The notes under the pieces were generated by a model. It did no database searches. It had not been told where the DNA came from and saw only the letters and a list, made by a program, of their open reading frames with translations. The position numbers and the translations under genes were made by a program. This document shows positions 30,281 through 41,326 of a stretch of 64,000 nt of DNA, in pieces (position 1 is the stretch's first letter; the number at the start of each line of letters is the position of its first letter). This DNA comes from a virus (Duplodnaviria > Caudoviricetes), in the IMG/VR virus record IMGVR_UViG_3300032213_000911, positions 2,042-66,041 of that record; one strand, given 5' to 3'.

Positions 30281-33200
30281 ATGTACAATCCATATAATAA
30301 AGATACTAACTATAATTACTCAACTAAATACGGAGCACCACTCTATGGTAATATTGATCCAGATGTTTGGTATACCGCAACACAACCAGTAAATTTCTTT
30401 AGATCTTTCTTTTCAAATACACCTTTTGGTGTTGGAGATTCTGAAAAGGCAAGAGAAGGAGTACTACCATCAGTAACGCTAGAGGATATGAATAAGCTAG
30501 CAAACTGGTCCTTTACTCCACCAACACAAAATGATATGGATACTTACATGAGATTGTCTTATCTTTCACAAGGAGGATATAGCGGTCTAATTGGTAGAGA
30601 TGTCGATCAAACCGCAAAATACAGAGCCACGCTAGGCTTTGGTGCAAACCCATATGTAGATATTGCAAAACCATTACTAGAAAACTTACCACCATCTGAG
30701 GTTCAAAAGCAAAATCAAAATAATCCTTGGTATGATTATTTCCTATCACAAAACCCAGAAATTGGTATTGATCCAGAAACAAAAGAAAAATACTTTGTAG
30801 ATAAAAATGGAAATAGGATAAAAGAATTTTCTCCTAATTCAAATCCAGCTATTAAATTAGATGGTGATTATATATCTAATAAAGACCCAAGATGGCAAGA
30901 ATTAAGTAAAGCCAATGTTCAAGACGGTACTTGGTATAGACTACAAAAATCACTACAAGCAGAAGGTTCATTACCAAGCTTACTATTGGCTGGAGTAGCA
31001 TACGCAACTAAAGAAAAAGCAAATACAGCTTTTGGTGTTGCTATGCCCGGAAGTTTAGATCAAATGACAAAGGAACTTCTTGGTGAAGTAAGCCTAGCAT
31101 CTTATGATAGTATGTTAAATCCATTTAATAGTGCTGGTATTGACGATGATATTAAAAAATATTTAGAACCAACAGCAGAAGAAAAAATTAATGGGTTTAA
31201 TTCAAATAAGTGGTGGACTGAAAATATTAACCCAGAAGTAATACCATTCTTAGCACAAAAAGGAATTACACCAGATTCTATTGCTCCAGCAAAAGGAGCC
31301 AGAGAAGCCCTTGCAAAGGTTCAATTTGCATTATCAGAATCAACTATTCAACAAAGAATGGGTAGATACAATGTTGAAAATCCTTGGAAGTCTGGTATTA
31401 TTGCAACACTTGGTTATACTTTACCAACAGCTTTAATTAATGATCCAGATCTTGCTTTAACATTGGGATTATCTGTTGCAACATTAGGTGCTGGAACTCT
31501 TGTTAGGGGTGGTATAAAGGGATTAGAACTAACCGCAAGTTCTGCTAAAGCTGCTGCTAGAATTGAAAAAATATTACAAACAGCTAAACAATCTAAATTA
31601 GTCTCAGCAGCACAGGGACTTTACCAAATATCTATGGGTGATCTTCCTTTATGGTTTAAAAACTATAGTTATTTACAAAAGGTTGGAATTGGTGCTGGTA
31701 TTGCTGGTGCAGTAAATGCTGGTGCTTCAGTTAGAGATCATTTAAATAGAGTTTCTTTTGCTACAACTGGTTTATATAATAATAATCAAGATGAAGATAT
31801 GTTATCAGAAATAACATCTTCTTTTATTGCTGGTGCTGTATTCGGTGGTGTTCTTGGTTCTCTCGGTCATCTAGCTCATCCAGATATTGGTGGAAATAAA
31901 TATACAGCTAGACCAGACCTTAAAACAAACGCTCTTCGTTTAATTAACGATGCTAATGGAACAGAAAAATCATTACTAAACGAAACACCACAACAAAGAG
32001 CAGCACTTAATGAAGGCATCTCAGCTAGTCGTGAAGAAATGACTGTTAGAGCAGAAAACAGACCACCAGATATTTTAGAACCAACTAAAGAAAATGTACA
32101 GCCAAACTCTGTTGAAGTAATTGATCAAAGAGGTAATAGAATTAGGGTACAAGAAGAAGACATTACTTCTATTTCAGAAGTATCTGAAAAGATTCTTAGT
32201 GGTGAATATAAAGTAGTAAGAGATCAAAGAAATAAAACAGATGTTGCAATTCGTAGTGAACTAAACCCAATAACTGAAAAACCAAAGATTGTTTCAGAAG
32301 AAGTTCCACTAAATGCAGCAGAAAAACATGTTGTAGATTCTGAAAAGTTTGCTGATGCTGCAGACACAGCTAGAAGAGCTTCTGCTGGTACTTTGGCAGA
32401 AGCTACTGATTCTACAGCACTAGATAGAACAGCCGGGGAAAGCGATATTAGCTTTGCTACAAGACTAATTAGAGCTAATCACATTCGTAATCTATCTGAT
32501 CTATTTAAGATTACCCAAGATAAATCAAGCTCACAAAAATCAATAGTGGGAAAACTTGTACAATTTAAAAAACAAACTGAATCTATTAAAACAACTTTAA
32601 ATGAAGTTCTTGAAAAAAAATTAGTCAACTTTATTAAAGAAGAAGAAGTTAGAATATTACTTCAAAAACTAGATAAGTTTGTTGAAGACGATCTTGATAT
32701 TAGATTATCAAAAGCATTAGATACTGGTACTGGGGCTTTTAATAAACTAACTCCAGAAAAGCGTTCTAGTATGATTTTCTTTATTCAGGATCATGCTGGT
32801 AAAACTGACGATGAAATTAAAAAGTTAATAAACGAAAGTTCTTTTGATTCTAATGAAAAACGAATGTTAAAAAATCGTTTGTTAGAAAAGAAACCAAGAG
32901 CACAAAGAAAAAAACTTATTGATGAAATTCTTGCTGATAATAGTATTAGTGATAAGTCAAGAAAGATTTTAAATACATTACTAGGTACTCCAGAAAACTT
33001 AACTCTTACACAAAGAAAACTTGCTTCTGGTGCATATAGAAAAGAAAAGTATTTCTTTAAAAAAGCTTCTTATTTAACAGGAGAGTTTTATTTAGATTTT
33101 AAAGGTGTGCTGGACAAAACATTAGATACTTTAACATTGGGAAATAAAACAGCAGCAAAAGCAAATGCAGATTTAATTACTGGTTTAGTTAGAAGTGCTT

Positions 33201-36200
33201 TAGTAAATTTAAGATTACCAGAAAGAGCAGGTCTTAATAGAATTGAACTATCTATTGGAAATCTAAAAGAAGGTGTACTTGGTAATAATAAACTAGTAAC
33301 AAAAGCAGATGGTACTACTGTTCTACAAATTACTTTAGACGGTAAAACACTAGCAAAAGCTTTAGAGACAGGTGATAATGCTCTTATTGCTCATACTGTT
33401 TTACATGAATTAGGACATGCTTATTCTTATTTTGCAACACCACAAGATGTTTTAAAAATACTTACAATGTATAGTGAGTTCCTAGATCCAGAAGTTTTAG
33501 AAGCTTTTATTAATATTACAGAAGCAACTAGGGGTGGATTAGCAGATAGTGTTGGCCTCTATGCAGCGATTAATCCCGGAGAAGTATTTGCAAATCACTT
33601 TGCTAATCAAGGATTAGTAACTGGTTTAGACTCAGCAGCAAAATTAAGACTATCGTTCCTAGAAGCTTTTAGTACTTATATTGAAAGCATTATTGATGGT
33701 ATTGCCGATGTATTTACTTTTGATAATACAACCAAACTTAAACTCAAGAGAATTAGTAAAGTATTAAACGAAGTAATTGAAAACATCTCTCAAACATCTA
33801 ATGTTAATACAGTAACTTTAATTGATTTTGTAAAGCAAGAAAGAGATTTTACAAACTCTTTAGTAAAATCATCTTTATATACTTCAGATAAAAAACAGTA
33901 TCAAAAAAATATTATTGATGAGATTAAAAAAATTATTAGTACTATTGAACCAAAAGCAGCTAACAAATTTAATAGTGAAATTTTAAACTGGTTAAATGGT
34001 ATTGAAGTATATGGCAAGATAAGTATAAAAATGTTAGAACCACTTATTGATTTAGATTTTAATAATCAATTAAAAATACCATTAAAAGCTTTAACAGAAA
34101 AATATGGTACTATTATTAAATTCCCAGAAAATATGAGTAATCTAGCTAAACTTGAAATGCTATTAAACCCAGAAAATACACTAGCAGTTCAATTACAACA
34201 TGAGTTAAACTTTGTAACACAATATGATGCTATTAAAAATATTGTTAAAACAGCTGAGTTAACATCAACAAGAATAGGACTAGAGCGTTATTTAATTACA
34301 AATAAACTAGACGCTCTACCATCAATCCAAGCACTCAATGATTTTGCAAAGACAGAAGGAAAATATATTTCATCTGGTCTTAATAGATACTTAAGTACAT
34401 TTATATTTGGATTAGAAAATATTAATGAAAATATTATTAGATTAGAAGAACTAAACTCAAAAGCAAAAAATAAATCTATTCTTAGACAAAATGTATTTAA
34501 TCTAAAAAATGGATCAAGTTTTAATAATAAGATTATTTTTAGACCTAGTTTTGATACTGGCTTAGATGATACTAGTTTGGTATTATATCATGGTGGAACA
34601 TGGACTGGAGCAAAAGCACCTAATATGTTACATTCAGGTACTTTACAAGCAGCTATTGATCGTGCTGGTACTAATTTAACTCCAACATCTGATACAAATA
34701 TTGTTGCATTTACAGTTTCAAAAGAAGCAAATATTATTGAAATGGTTGATACTGGCACTAATCATATGAGTTTTGAAGATTACTGGAAAGCAATTAGTTA
34801 TGCTTATAGATCTAAACCAGATCAAACTTTAGGTGATATTCTTAGAACTATTATAGTAGATAAGAAAAAAGCAAATGAAATAATAACATCTCTTGAACAA
34901 GGTTATAAAGAAACTCAAACTGAAATCAAAGTTTTTGAAACACCAAATGATTTAAAAGAAATTCTTAAACAAGCTGGTGTAGATATAATTAAATATAAAA
35001 ATGTTGGTGAAGATATTGGATCAACTTCTTTTATTATTGTAAATCCAAATAGTATTAGTGTTAAAGCAAATGGTAAATTTGATAATGGTTTTGTTTGGAC
35101 TTGGAGATCTAGATCAACAGGTAAAATACTTGATAATCTTACTCAAGATTTACATGATATTAATTATCGTGGTTCTGATAGTTTACAAACTATTATTAAA
35201 GTATTGCCAGATCTAAGTGGAATTATGGCTGATGCTTCAGAAGCAATTAGTATTCAAAAAGAAGTTGAATTTAAACCAACAACTATTACTGAAGTAACAG
35301 CAGAAACTAAACCACTATTAGAACAAGAACTAAACAATCTATTAATAAAAGTCGAAGGATTAAAACCATCTTTCTTTAAAAGATTAACTGGTGTTGTTAA
35401 AGCTACCACATCTTTGGTTATTTCACCAGAAGATGCTAAATCAACACTTACAGATGTTTGGTTTGCTAGCAAGGCACAATTAGATAAAAACGAAGTTCCT
35501 TTAATTCTTAAAGCAAAATCAGAAACTGAAATATTTAGAATAGTTGCTGGTTTTAAAAAGAATATTTCACTTAAAGAATTAGAAGCAAGAGCTAAGAGTG
35601 GTAAAGTTAGTGGAATAGATTCAGCTGAAAATGTAGATGTTATTGCTGGATTAGCTAATAGAAATAATGAAACTATTGATGATGCTGCTACTGATCTTGA
35701 TGCATTAAGAAAGCGTCTTAGTGATTTCTCTAACTTCCTTAATAACAATAGACCAGTTTTTAGTGGTAATGTAGTTAATGAGATTCAAGAACTAATGAAA
35801 ATTCGTTTAGAATATAGTAAACTAACAAAAGGATTTAAAGCCGGAAAAACACCAAAGCTTCCAGCTGGAGCTGCATTAGAATTATATTTTAGAAGATTTC
35901 CTGAAGAACGAAGAGTTTATGATAACGCTTTAAAAGAAATCCCAAAGCATCCATTATTTAATAAAGCTATAGAAATAATTGCTGATGTTTTAAATGATAA
36001 AAATCCACAAATATTTAATGCATTATTACAAAGAAGATTGGGTATTAGTGAAAAAGAAGCTATAGCTATTAAAGAACAGTTAATACAAACTGGTGTAATA
36101 GAAAAACAACCAATTACATTTGCTCACAATATTTTAGTAACAAAAGAACAGTTAAAAAAATATATTGAATTAACAGCTATACCTTCTAAAGAAAATAAAG

Positions 36201-39200
36201 AAAAAGTATTAGAAATAAAAAAGAAAGCTACATCTTTACTAACAAGAATTCAAAAACAAGAAAAATTTGCTCTTGAAGAATTTAATGACATGGTTCAATC
36301 CGAAAGACCGATTCAATCTGAAAAAGTATTACATGATGCTATTTTAGAAAAAGTTTCTAAGTCAGAAGATAAAGCTATTGATACTCAACAAACAAAAGTA
36401 GAAAACCAAGTTAAGGATCAAGCACAACTTAAAGAAAACAAAGCAGCTCTAACATCAAAAGAAGAAACACCAGAAATTGCTGCTCCAGTTATTAAAGGTA
36501 TTGGAAATAAAGAATCCTTTATCTCTAGTGATTGGGACGGTGATCCAAATAAACTAGAACTAGGTCTTATCTTTACAAACGAAAAAAGAGCTGCTAATGT
36601 AAAGAAAAAACAAAGTTCAAAGTATACTGTAAGAGTAGAACTTGATAAGAGTAAAGTATTTAAAGTTGTTTCAGCTGGTACTTCTGCTTATCAAGCAATT
36701 AAAAATCTACCAGAACCAATTCTAAGAATAGCTGGTATTAATAAATCTATTATGGAAAGAGTTCTTGGTGCAGTTACAAAAGAACATTCTGAACAAGAAG
36801 CATTCAGAGTTATTCTTAATAAACTAAATGAAGAAGGATATACTGCTGTAGAGTTTATTGATTTAAAGGGAAATCTTATTGGTCATTCTCCAACTTCTAA
36901 AGATAATGTAAAAGTAGTTGAAACATTAAACCACGAAGAAACTAAAAAAGTTGGTTATACTAAGTTAGATGCTGCTAGAAAAAAGAAAATTACTGAACCA
37001 AAACCAACAGCTAAACCAGAACCAGAATCAATTAGAGTAGAACCAGAAGCACCAATTGATCCAGTTGATACAGTAGTTCCAGTTTCAAAGACTGGTGAAC
37101 CAGATGTAGAAACAGCACCAATTACTAAAGGTGAGTCTGATATTCCAGTTATTTCTGAGGAAGAAAAGTTTGTGCATGAAGTTTTAAATGCTAGTGAAAC
37201 TTTAAGATGGAATGGAACTACACCAAAGATTATTCGATTAGCTCTTGTTAAGTTTATGTCAGCAGCTAAAGAACTAAGAGAAAATATTGGAGTTGACTTA
37301 AAGGGTATTCCAGAAGAATTTAAAGGATTGCTATATAAAGTTGTTCGTGTTGCTGAAGAAATTGCAGAAGAAAACCGAACAAGATTTGGCGATCTTTATG
37401 AAAATATTAATAATGAATTCTGGACTATATTCGATAGAGAAGTAGCTAAAGAAATTCTACACCGTAGTAAACCAGATGGCGAACTATCTGTAAGAACTAT
37501 TGGAGATATTATTGATTTTGCTCATCAAAAAATTAATGAAAATATTATTATTAAGAATAAACGAGATGGTACTAGTTTACCAGAATTCTTAAGACCAATT
37601 AGCCCAGATGAATTTGAATTTACAAGTTCAAAACTAACTAATAAAATGCCTGATGATGTGAAGTTTAAAAAAGGTTCTCTTGCTAGTTCTATGGATAAAA
37701 GAATTGAAAAGAGAATTGAAGATGCTGCTAAAGCACCAGAAGAAAAAGCACCAGTAACTAAAGAACTAGAAGAAGATGAAGTTGCTGATGCAGTTCTCGG
37801 AGCAATTAATAGTAATCCAAAAGATAATACCATGTTATTAAGAGAGTCTAATTGGATTAGTGCTGTATTTGGCGGTAGTCAAAGAGATGGAAGAAACTGG
37901 TGGCGTAAGTTAATGAACGGTCTTGTAAATGTTATTGAAGTAAGAGCACAAACTGCCTATACTGCAAGATCTCTTTCAAACATTGTAAGAACTATTTCTG
38001 CATTTGCTGATAACTCAAAAGCACACATCCATAATCTAGTTGGTGGTGGAAAGAATGCTATTAAGAGTTGGGAACAATGTAGCCATGAAACTTGGCGTAT
38101 GCTAAGTGGTATTCGTAACTCTGCCACAACACTAGCTCAATCATTAGGTAATGAAAGAATTTATAGTTTAATTAGTGTTGAAATTATGAAAAGCTTTGCC
38201 ACTAAAACACCACTAGATAGAGCAAAACTTGAAGCAGTTATTCGTACAGTAATTCCAACACCATCTGTTGAATATCTAAATACTAACATACTAAATATCA
38301 CTAGTCTACATAATGCTGTAGCAGAAGTAAATAAAACACTATTAGATTTAGAAACAGAAACTGGCTTTATTAAAAAGGGAATTAGTTTAGTAGATAAAGA
38401 CGGTAATGCAGTTAAGCCAACTGAATACTACCCAATTACTTTTGTTGGTGAACTAGTTACTAGAGAAAATCAAGATGCTGTTATTAAGGAAATGGTACGG
38501 GTTCGTACTGCAACTTTAAATGCTTCTGATAAACTAGATAATACAGTTATGTTATCTATGGGATGGTTCTATAATAAAGAAGGTTATGTATTAGATCGTG
38601 GTCGTAGTTTAGAAGGCAGACAACAGTTCTTCTTAAACGAAGCAGACTTTGATGCTCAAACTTTAATTAATCTAGAAGAAAGAAGATATCCACCCGGAAC
38701 CGATCCAAAAACAATGATTGAATTCCGTGGTGAAGCTAGCAATAGACATTTTACATATAAAGATCCAACAACAAAAGAATTGGTTGTTTGTAGACTACCA
38801 AGAGAAAAAACAGACCTATCAGCTGTTGACTTAGTTAAATACAATGAAACAGTAATGGGCAGTAATGCACATGTTGGTAAGCAATGGAAAGCAAACTTTA
38901 CTGGTAAGATGTCTGTTCTTGAAGTAATGATGCAAGATTTATTAGACTCTAAACTTTATCGTGGAAAGTATAGTAAAGATCTTGCTACAAGAAAAGGCAA
39001 TGCAACTACACCAATGCTTGCACTAACAGATAATGCAAGACTAGAACACGGCTCTGTAATTCCAACTTTAACTTGGGAAGAAATATTAGCTAGTGATACT
39101 ATTACAAAAATTATGCGACATGAGCCACTAGAAGCTTATTCAAACTTTGTTGTTAGTAGAGGATTTGAACTCTTAGTACAAAAAGAAATTGATAGACTTA

Positions 39201-41023
39201 CTGGAACTAAGGGTGTACGGATGGGTAATTTTATGCGTATTCTTTACAATAAAGCAAGGGAAGAAGCATATGCTTTAGGTGGAGAAAAGAGAGCTTCTGA
39301 AATTGATGCTGGGTTTGATAGACTATCTAATGATTATTTAGCTTATCAAAATAGATTGTCAATGATTCAAACAAGAGGAGAACGGTTAGCTACTGAATCT
39401 ACCGAAATCGGTCTTGGTCTTGTTAGAGCACTTAGCGGAACATTGTGGGGTATTACTGGTAGTGCTGAACCATTACAGCATCTAATCATGTCTCCATTTA
39501 CAGTAGGTCCAATGCAAACTATTAAGAATATTTGGGAAACAGTTAGAATCCTTATTGGAGATAAACGGTTCTCAACTAGTGCAGCATTAAAAGATGAAAT
39601 GATGGAAAGCATATTCTTTATGGATCTTGTAAGAGCAGATACTCAAGATAGATTACTTAATCTTGATGGAGATGGAGTACCAAGAATTAGTCGCTGGTTT
39701 GATCGTCTAAAAGCTAGAAGAGAAGATTCTTCTACTTTAGGTAAAGGTGTAGATATATTTGCTAATACAATGGTTGAAATTGGTTCTTCAAGATACACTA
39801 CATTCCTTGCACGAAAACTAGCAATGCAAAGATTCAGTACACGGTTTGCTAAGTTTATTAATAATGGAGCAGCTGAAAGATTCTTTACAAAGTTATCAGA
39901 TCCAATTGTTCAATCAAGAATGAGAGCATTAGAAGAAGCCGCAGCTACTGATATAAAAGCAGCCAAAGAATTAGACAAGATGTTTAAAGAAATAAGCAGA
40001 CAGTCCGGCTTTGGTGGTCGTTGGGATGTAGCTATGGCTATGAATAAATACGGCATTAATACTGTTGAGCGTATTACAGCACTAAAAAAAATGTTTGATA
40101 AGCTAGGCCCACAATATTCAAAGTCTGGTTTAATTAATTGGAAAGAGCTTAGAACAGTTGTTGATGAGCTAAAGAAAACACCAATCATTAGAGATCTTAA
40201 TTATGATGTTGCCAGAGATGCTTATGAGTCATTTATCTTTGCTACAGAAAGCATGGTAACAACTGAAGGTGCTATCTCTGCTAGTCGTGGTTTAAATAGA
40301 GATCTTAGAATTGAAGGTAGAACACCATCAGGTAGATTGTTTAAATCTCTACTTGGTTGGTCACAGAGTTTCTATAATAATGTTCTAGGAAATCACGGTG
40401 GTATTAAATCATCTGCCTTAATAGGTAGTATGGTTCTATATACAGGTTTAACCGCAATATCTGAATACATGAAAGAATGGATTAGAGGTAGGGATTGGGA
40501 AGACATCAAGGAAGAAATGACTAAAGATCCAGAAACATTTATCTATAGAATGATGATGAACCTTCCAGCATTGGGCGGTCTATCTGGTAATCTTCAGTAT
40601 GTCTTAGCTAAAACCAGCGAAGCAACTGGTGGTCCACTAAAAGCATTTAGAACCCCAATGATGGCTCCTGCTTATGCTATGGCTATGCAACAACCATTCA
40701 AGATGGCTAACTCTTTATATAATTTAGTTACTAATTCAATACCATCTGGAGATATTCCTGCAACTATGTCAGATCTTGGTAGTGTAACTATGATTAATAA
40801 TTTATTCAATAACTCACCAGTAGCAGTTCCAGCTAGACTCCTAGTAGAAAATAAGTTTATTACCGAAGGTGATGCTTTGGGTAAATATATGAAGTTAATT
40901 AATAAAACAAAGAATACCTATAAAAAGGGTTCTAAGTACAATGGTCCTAGCTTTGTTCAAGATGACGAAACAATGAAAAGACTAGTGGCCGAAATCATTA
41001 GAAGACAGTCTCAACCCAAATAA
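30281..41023 (+). CDS. giant (3580 aa) internal virion/ejection protein, polyvalent
   Basis: Uninterrupted ORF, last structural gene; HELGH zincin motif, YHGG ART-like domain, FtsK-gamma-like helix set, hydrophobic segments near both ends. Confidence 0.85.
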   Translation: MYNPYNKDTNYNYSTKYGAPLYGNIDPDVWYTATQPVNFFRSFFSNTPFGVGDSEKAREGVLPSVTLEDMNKLANWSFTPPTQNDMDTYMRLSYLSQGGYSGLIGRDVDQTAKYRATLGFGANPYVDIAKPLLENLPPSEVQKQNQNNPWYDYFLSQNPEIGIDPETKEKYFVDKNGNRIKEFSPNSNPAIKLDGDYISNKDPRWQELSKANVQDGTWYRLQKSLQAEGSLPSLLLAGVAYATKEKANTAFGVAMPGSLDQMTKELLGEVSLASYDSMLNPFNSAGIDDDIKKYLEPTAEEKINGFNSNKWWTENINPEVIPFLAQKGITPDSIAPAKGAREALAKVQFALSESTIQQRMGRYNVENPWKSGIIATLGYTLPTALINDPDLALTLGLSVATLGAGTLVRGGIKGLELTASSAKAAARIEKILQTAKQSKLVSAAQGLYQISMGDLPLWFKNYSYLQKVGIGAGIAGAVNAGASVRDHLNRVSFATTGLYNNNQDEDMLSEITSSFIAGAVFGGVLGSLGHLAHPDIGGNKYTARPDLKTNALRLINDANGTEKSLLNETPQQRAALNEGISASREEMTVRAENRPPDILEPTKENVQPNSVEVIDQRGNRIRVQEEDITSISEVSEKILSGEYKVVRDQRNKTDVAIRSELNPITEKPKIVSEEVPLNAAEKHVVDSEKFADAADTARRASAGTLAEATDSTALDRTAGESDISFATRLIRANHIRNLSDLFKITQDKSSSQKSIVGKLVQFKKQTESIKTTLNEVLEKKLVNFIKEEEVRILLQKLDKFVEDDLDIRLSKALDTGTGAFNKLTPEKRSSMIFFIQDHAGKTDDEIKKLINESSFDSNEKRMLKNRLLEKKPRAQRKKLIDEILADNSISDKSRKILNTLLGTPENLTLTQRKLASGAYRKEKYFFKKASYLTGEFYLDFKGVLDKTLDTLTLGNKTAAKANADLITGLVRSALVNLRLPERAGLNRIELSIGNLKEGVLGNNKLVTKADGTTVLQITLDGKTLAKALETGDNALIAHTVLHELGHAYSYFATPQDVLKILTMYSEFLDPEVLEAFINITEATRGGLADSVGLYAAINPGEVFANHFANQGLVTGLDSAAKLRLSFLEAFSTYIESIIDGIADVFTFDNTTKLKLKRISKVLNEVIENISQTSNVNTVTLIDFVKQERDFTNSLVKSSLYTSDKKQYQKNIIDEIKKIISTIEPKAANKFNSEILNWLNGIEVYGKISIKMLEPLIDLDFNNQLKIPLKALTEKYGTIIKFPENMSNLAKLEMLLNPENTLAVQLQHELNFVTQYDAIKNIVKTAELTSTRIGLERYLITNKLDALPSIQALNDFAKTEGKYISSGLNRYLSTFIFGLENINENIIRLEELNSKAKNKSILRQNVFNLKNGSSFNNKIIFRPSFDTGLDDTSLVLYHGGTWTGAKAPNMLHSGTLQAAIDRAGTNLTPTSDTNIVAFTVSKEANIIEMVDTGTNHMSFEDYWKAISYAYRSKPDQTLGDILRTIIVDKKKANEIITSLEQGYKETQTEIKVFETPNDLKEILKQAGVDIIKYKNVGEDIGSTSFIIVNPNSISVKANGKFDNGFVWTWRSRSTGKILDNLTQDLHDINYRGSDSLQTIIKVLPDLSGIMADASEAISIQKEVEFKPTTITEVTAETKPLLEQELNNLLIKVEGLKPSFFKRLTGVVKATTSLVISPEDAKSTLTDVWFASKAQLDKNEVPLILKAKSETEIFRIVAGFKKNISLKELEARAKSGKVSGIDSAENVDVIAGLANRNNETIDDAATDLDALRKRLSDFSNFLNNNRPVFSGNVVNEIQELMKIRLEYSKLTKGFKAGKTPKLPAGAALELYFRRFPEERRVYDNALKEIPKHPLFNKAIEIIADVLNDKNPQIFNALLQRRLGISEKEAIAIKEQLIQTGVIEKQPITFAHNILVTKEQLKKYIELTAIPSKENKEKVLEIKKKATSLLTRIQKQEKFALEEFNDMVQSERPIQSEKVLHDAILEKVSKSEDKAIDTQQTKVENQVKDQAQLKENKAALTSKEETPEIAAPVIKGIGNKESFISSDWDGDPNKLELGLIFTNEKRAANVKKKQSSKYTVRVELDKSKVFKVVSAGTSAYQAIKNLPEPILRIAGINKSIMERVLGAVTKEHSEQEAFRVILNKLNEEGYTAVEFIDLKGNLIGHSPTSKDNVKVVETLNHEETKKVGYTKLDAARKKKITEPKPTAKPEPESIRVEPEAPIDPVDTVVPVSKTGEPDVETAPITKGESDIPVISEEEKFVHEVLNASETLRWNGTTPKIIRLALVKFMSAAKELRENIGVDLKGIPEEFKGLLYKVVRVAEEIAEENRTRFGDLYENINNEFWTIFDREVAKEILHRSKPDGELSVRTIGDIIDFAHQKINENIIIKNKRDGTSLPEFLRPISPDEFEFTSSKLTNKMPDDVKFKKGSLASSMDKRIEKRIEDAAKAPEEKAPVTKELEEDEVADAVLGAINSNPKDNTMLLRESNWISAVFGGSQRDGRNWWRKLMNGLVNVIEVRAQTAYTARSLSNIVRTISAFADNSKAHIHNLVGGGKNAIKSWEQCSHETWRMLSGIRNSATTLAQSLGNERIYSLISVEIMKSFATKTPLDRAKLEAVIRTVIPTPSVEYLNTNILNITSLHNAVAEVNKTLLDLETETGFIKKGISLVDKDGNAVKPTEYYPITFVGELVTRENQDAVIKEMVRVRTATLNASDKLDNTVMLSMGWFYNKEGYVLDRGRSLEGRQQFFLNEADFDAQTLINLEERRYPPGTDPKTMIEFRGEASNRHFTYKDPTTKELVVCRLPREKTDLSAVDLVKYNETVMGSNAHVGKQWKANFTGKMSVLEVMMQDLLDSKLYRGKYSKDLATRKGNATTPMLALTDNARLEHGSVIPTLTWEEILASDTITKIMRHEPLEAYSNFVVSRGFELLVQKEIDRLTGTKGVRMGNFMRILYNKAREEAYALGGEKRASEIDAGFDRLSNDYLAYQNRLSMIQTRGERLATESTEIGLGLVRALSGTLWGITGSAEPLQHLIMSPFTVGPMQTIKNIWETVRILIGDKRFSTSAALKDEMMESIFFMDLVRADTQDRLLNLDGDGVPRISRWFDRLKARREDSSTLGKGVDIFANTMVEIGSSRYTTFLARKLAMQRFSTRFAKFINNGAAERFFTKLSDPIVQSRMRALEEAAATDIKAAKELDKMFKEISRQSGFGGRWDVAMAMNKYGINTVERITALKKMFDKLGPQYSKSGLINWKELRTVVDELKKTPIIRDLNYDVARDAYESFIFATESMVTTEGAISASRGLNRDLRIEGRTPSGRLFKSLLGWSQSFYNNVLGNHGGIKSSALIGSMVLYTGLTAISEYMKEWIRGRDWEDIKEEMTKDPETFIYRMMMNLPALGGLSGNLQYVLAKTSEATGGPLKAFRTPMMAPAYAMAMQQPFKMANSLYNLVTNSIPSGDIPATMSDLGSVTMINNLFNNSPVAVPARLLVENKFITEGDALGKYMKLINKTKNTYKKGSKYNGPSFVQDDETMKRLVAEIIRRQSQPK

Positions 41024-41046
41024 ACCAATAGTTGGAGCTATAGATA

Positions 41047-41086
41047 TTTCCCATAGGGGTATTCTTAGGAATACTCCTATGGGAAA
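41047..41086 (+). repeat. long inverted repeat at the right end of the genome
   Basis: TTTCCCATAGGGGTATTC-TTAG-GAATACTCCTATGGGAAA (18-bp stem, one G-T). Confidence 0.8.
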
Positions 41087-41253
41087 CCTATAGATTAAAT
41101 AATTTTTGTATTTATTACTTAGTTCCCTGTCGGGATCGTAGGGGACTCCTCGGTAATCAATACAAAATAACACTACACAGATCCCGGTCGATTTCGATAT
41201 AAATTGAATAATACAATCCCCTGCGGTAGCCCCAGATACCTGTGGGGGTATAT

Positions 41254-41326
41254 TCTCCTATAGCTCAGTCGGTAGAGCAGAGAGCTGTTAACTCTCGGGT
41301 CGTTGGTTCAAGTCCATCTGGGAGAG
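41254..41326 (+). tRNA. tRNA-Asn(GTT)
   Basis: Cloverleaf: TCTCCTA/TGGGAGA acceptor, GAGAG-CTGTTAA-CTCTC anticodon arm, TTCAAGT T loop; CCA not encoded. Confidence 0.9.

Noticed and set aside
30281-41023. N4-like or crAss-like virion RNA polymerase (similar size; SDWDGD resembles DxDGD)
   Set aside because: No single-subunit RNAP motifs A/B/C found; the DWDGD (about 36530) lies in an ART-like loop without double-psi-barrel context; a separate RNAP gene exists
41254-41326. tRNA as attP of a prophage, with host DNA beyond 41350
   Set aside because: No integrase seen; downstream ORFs are phage-like and lead into the phage RNAP and replication genes
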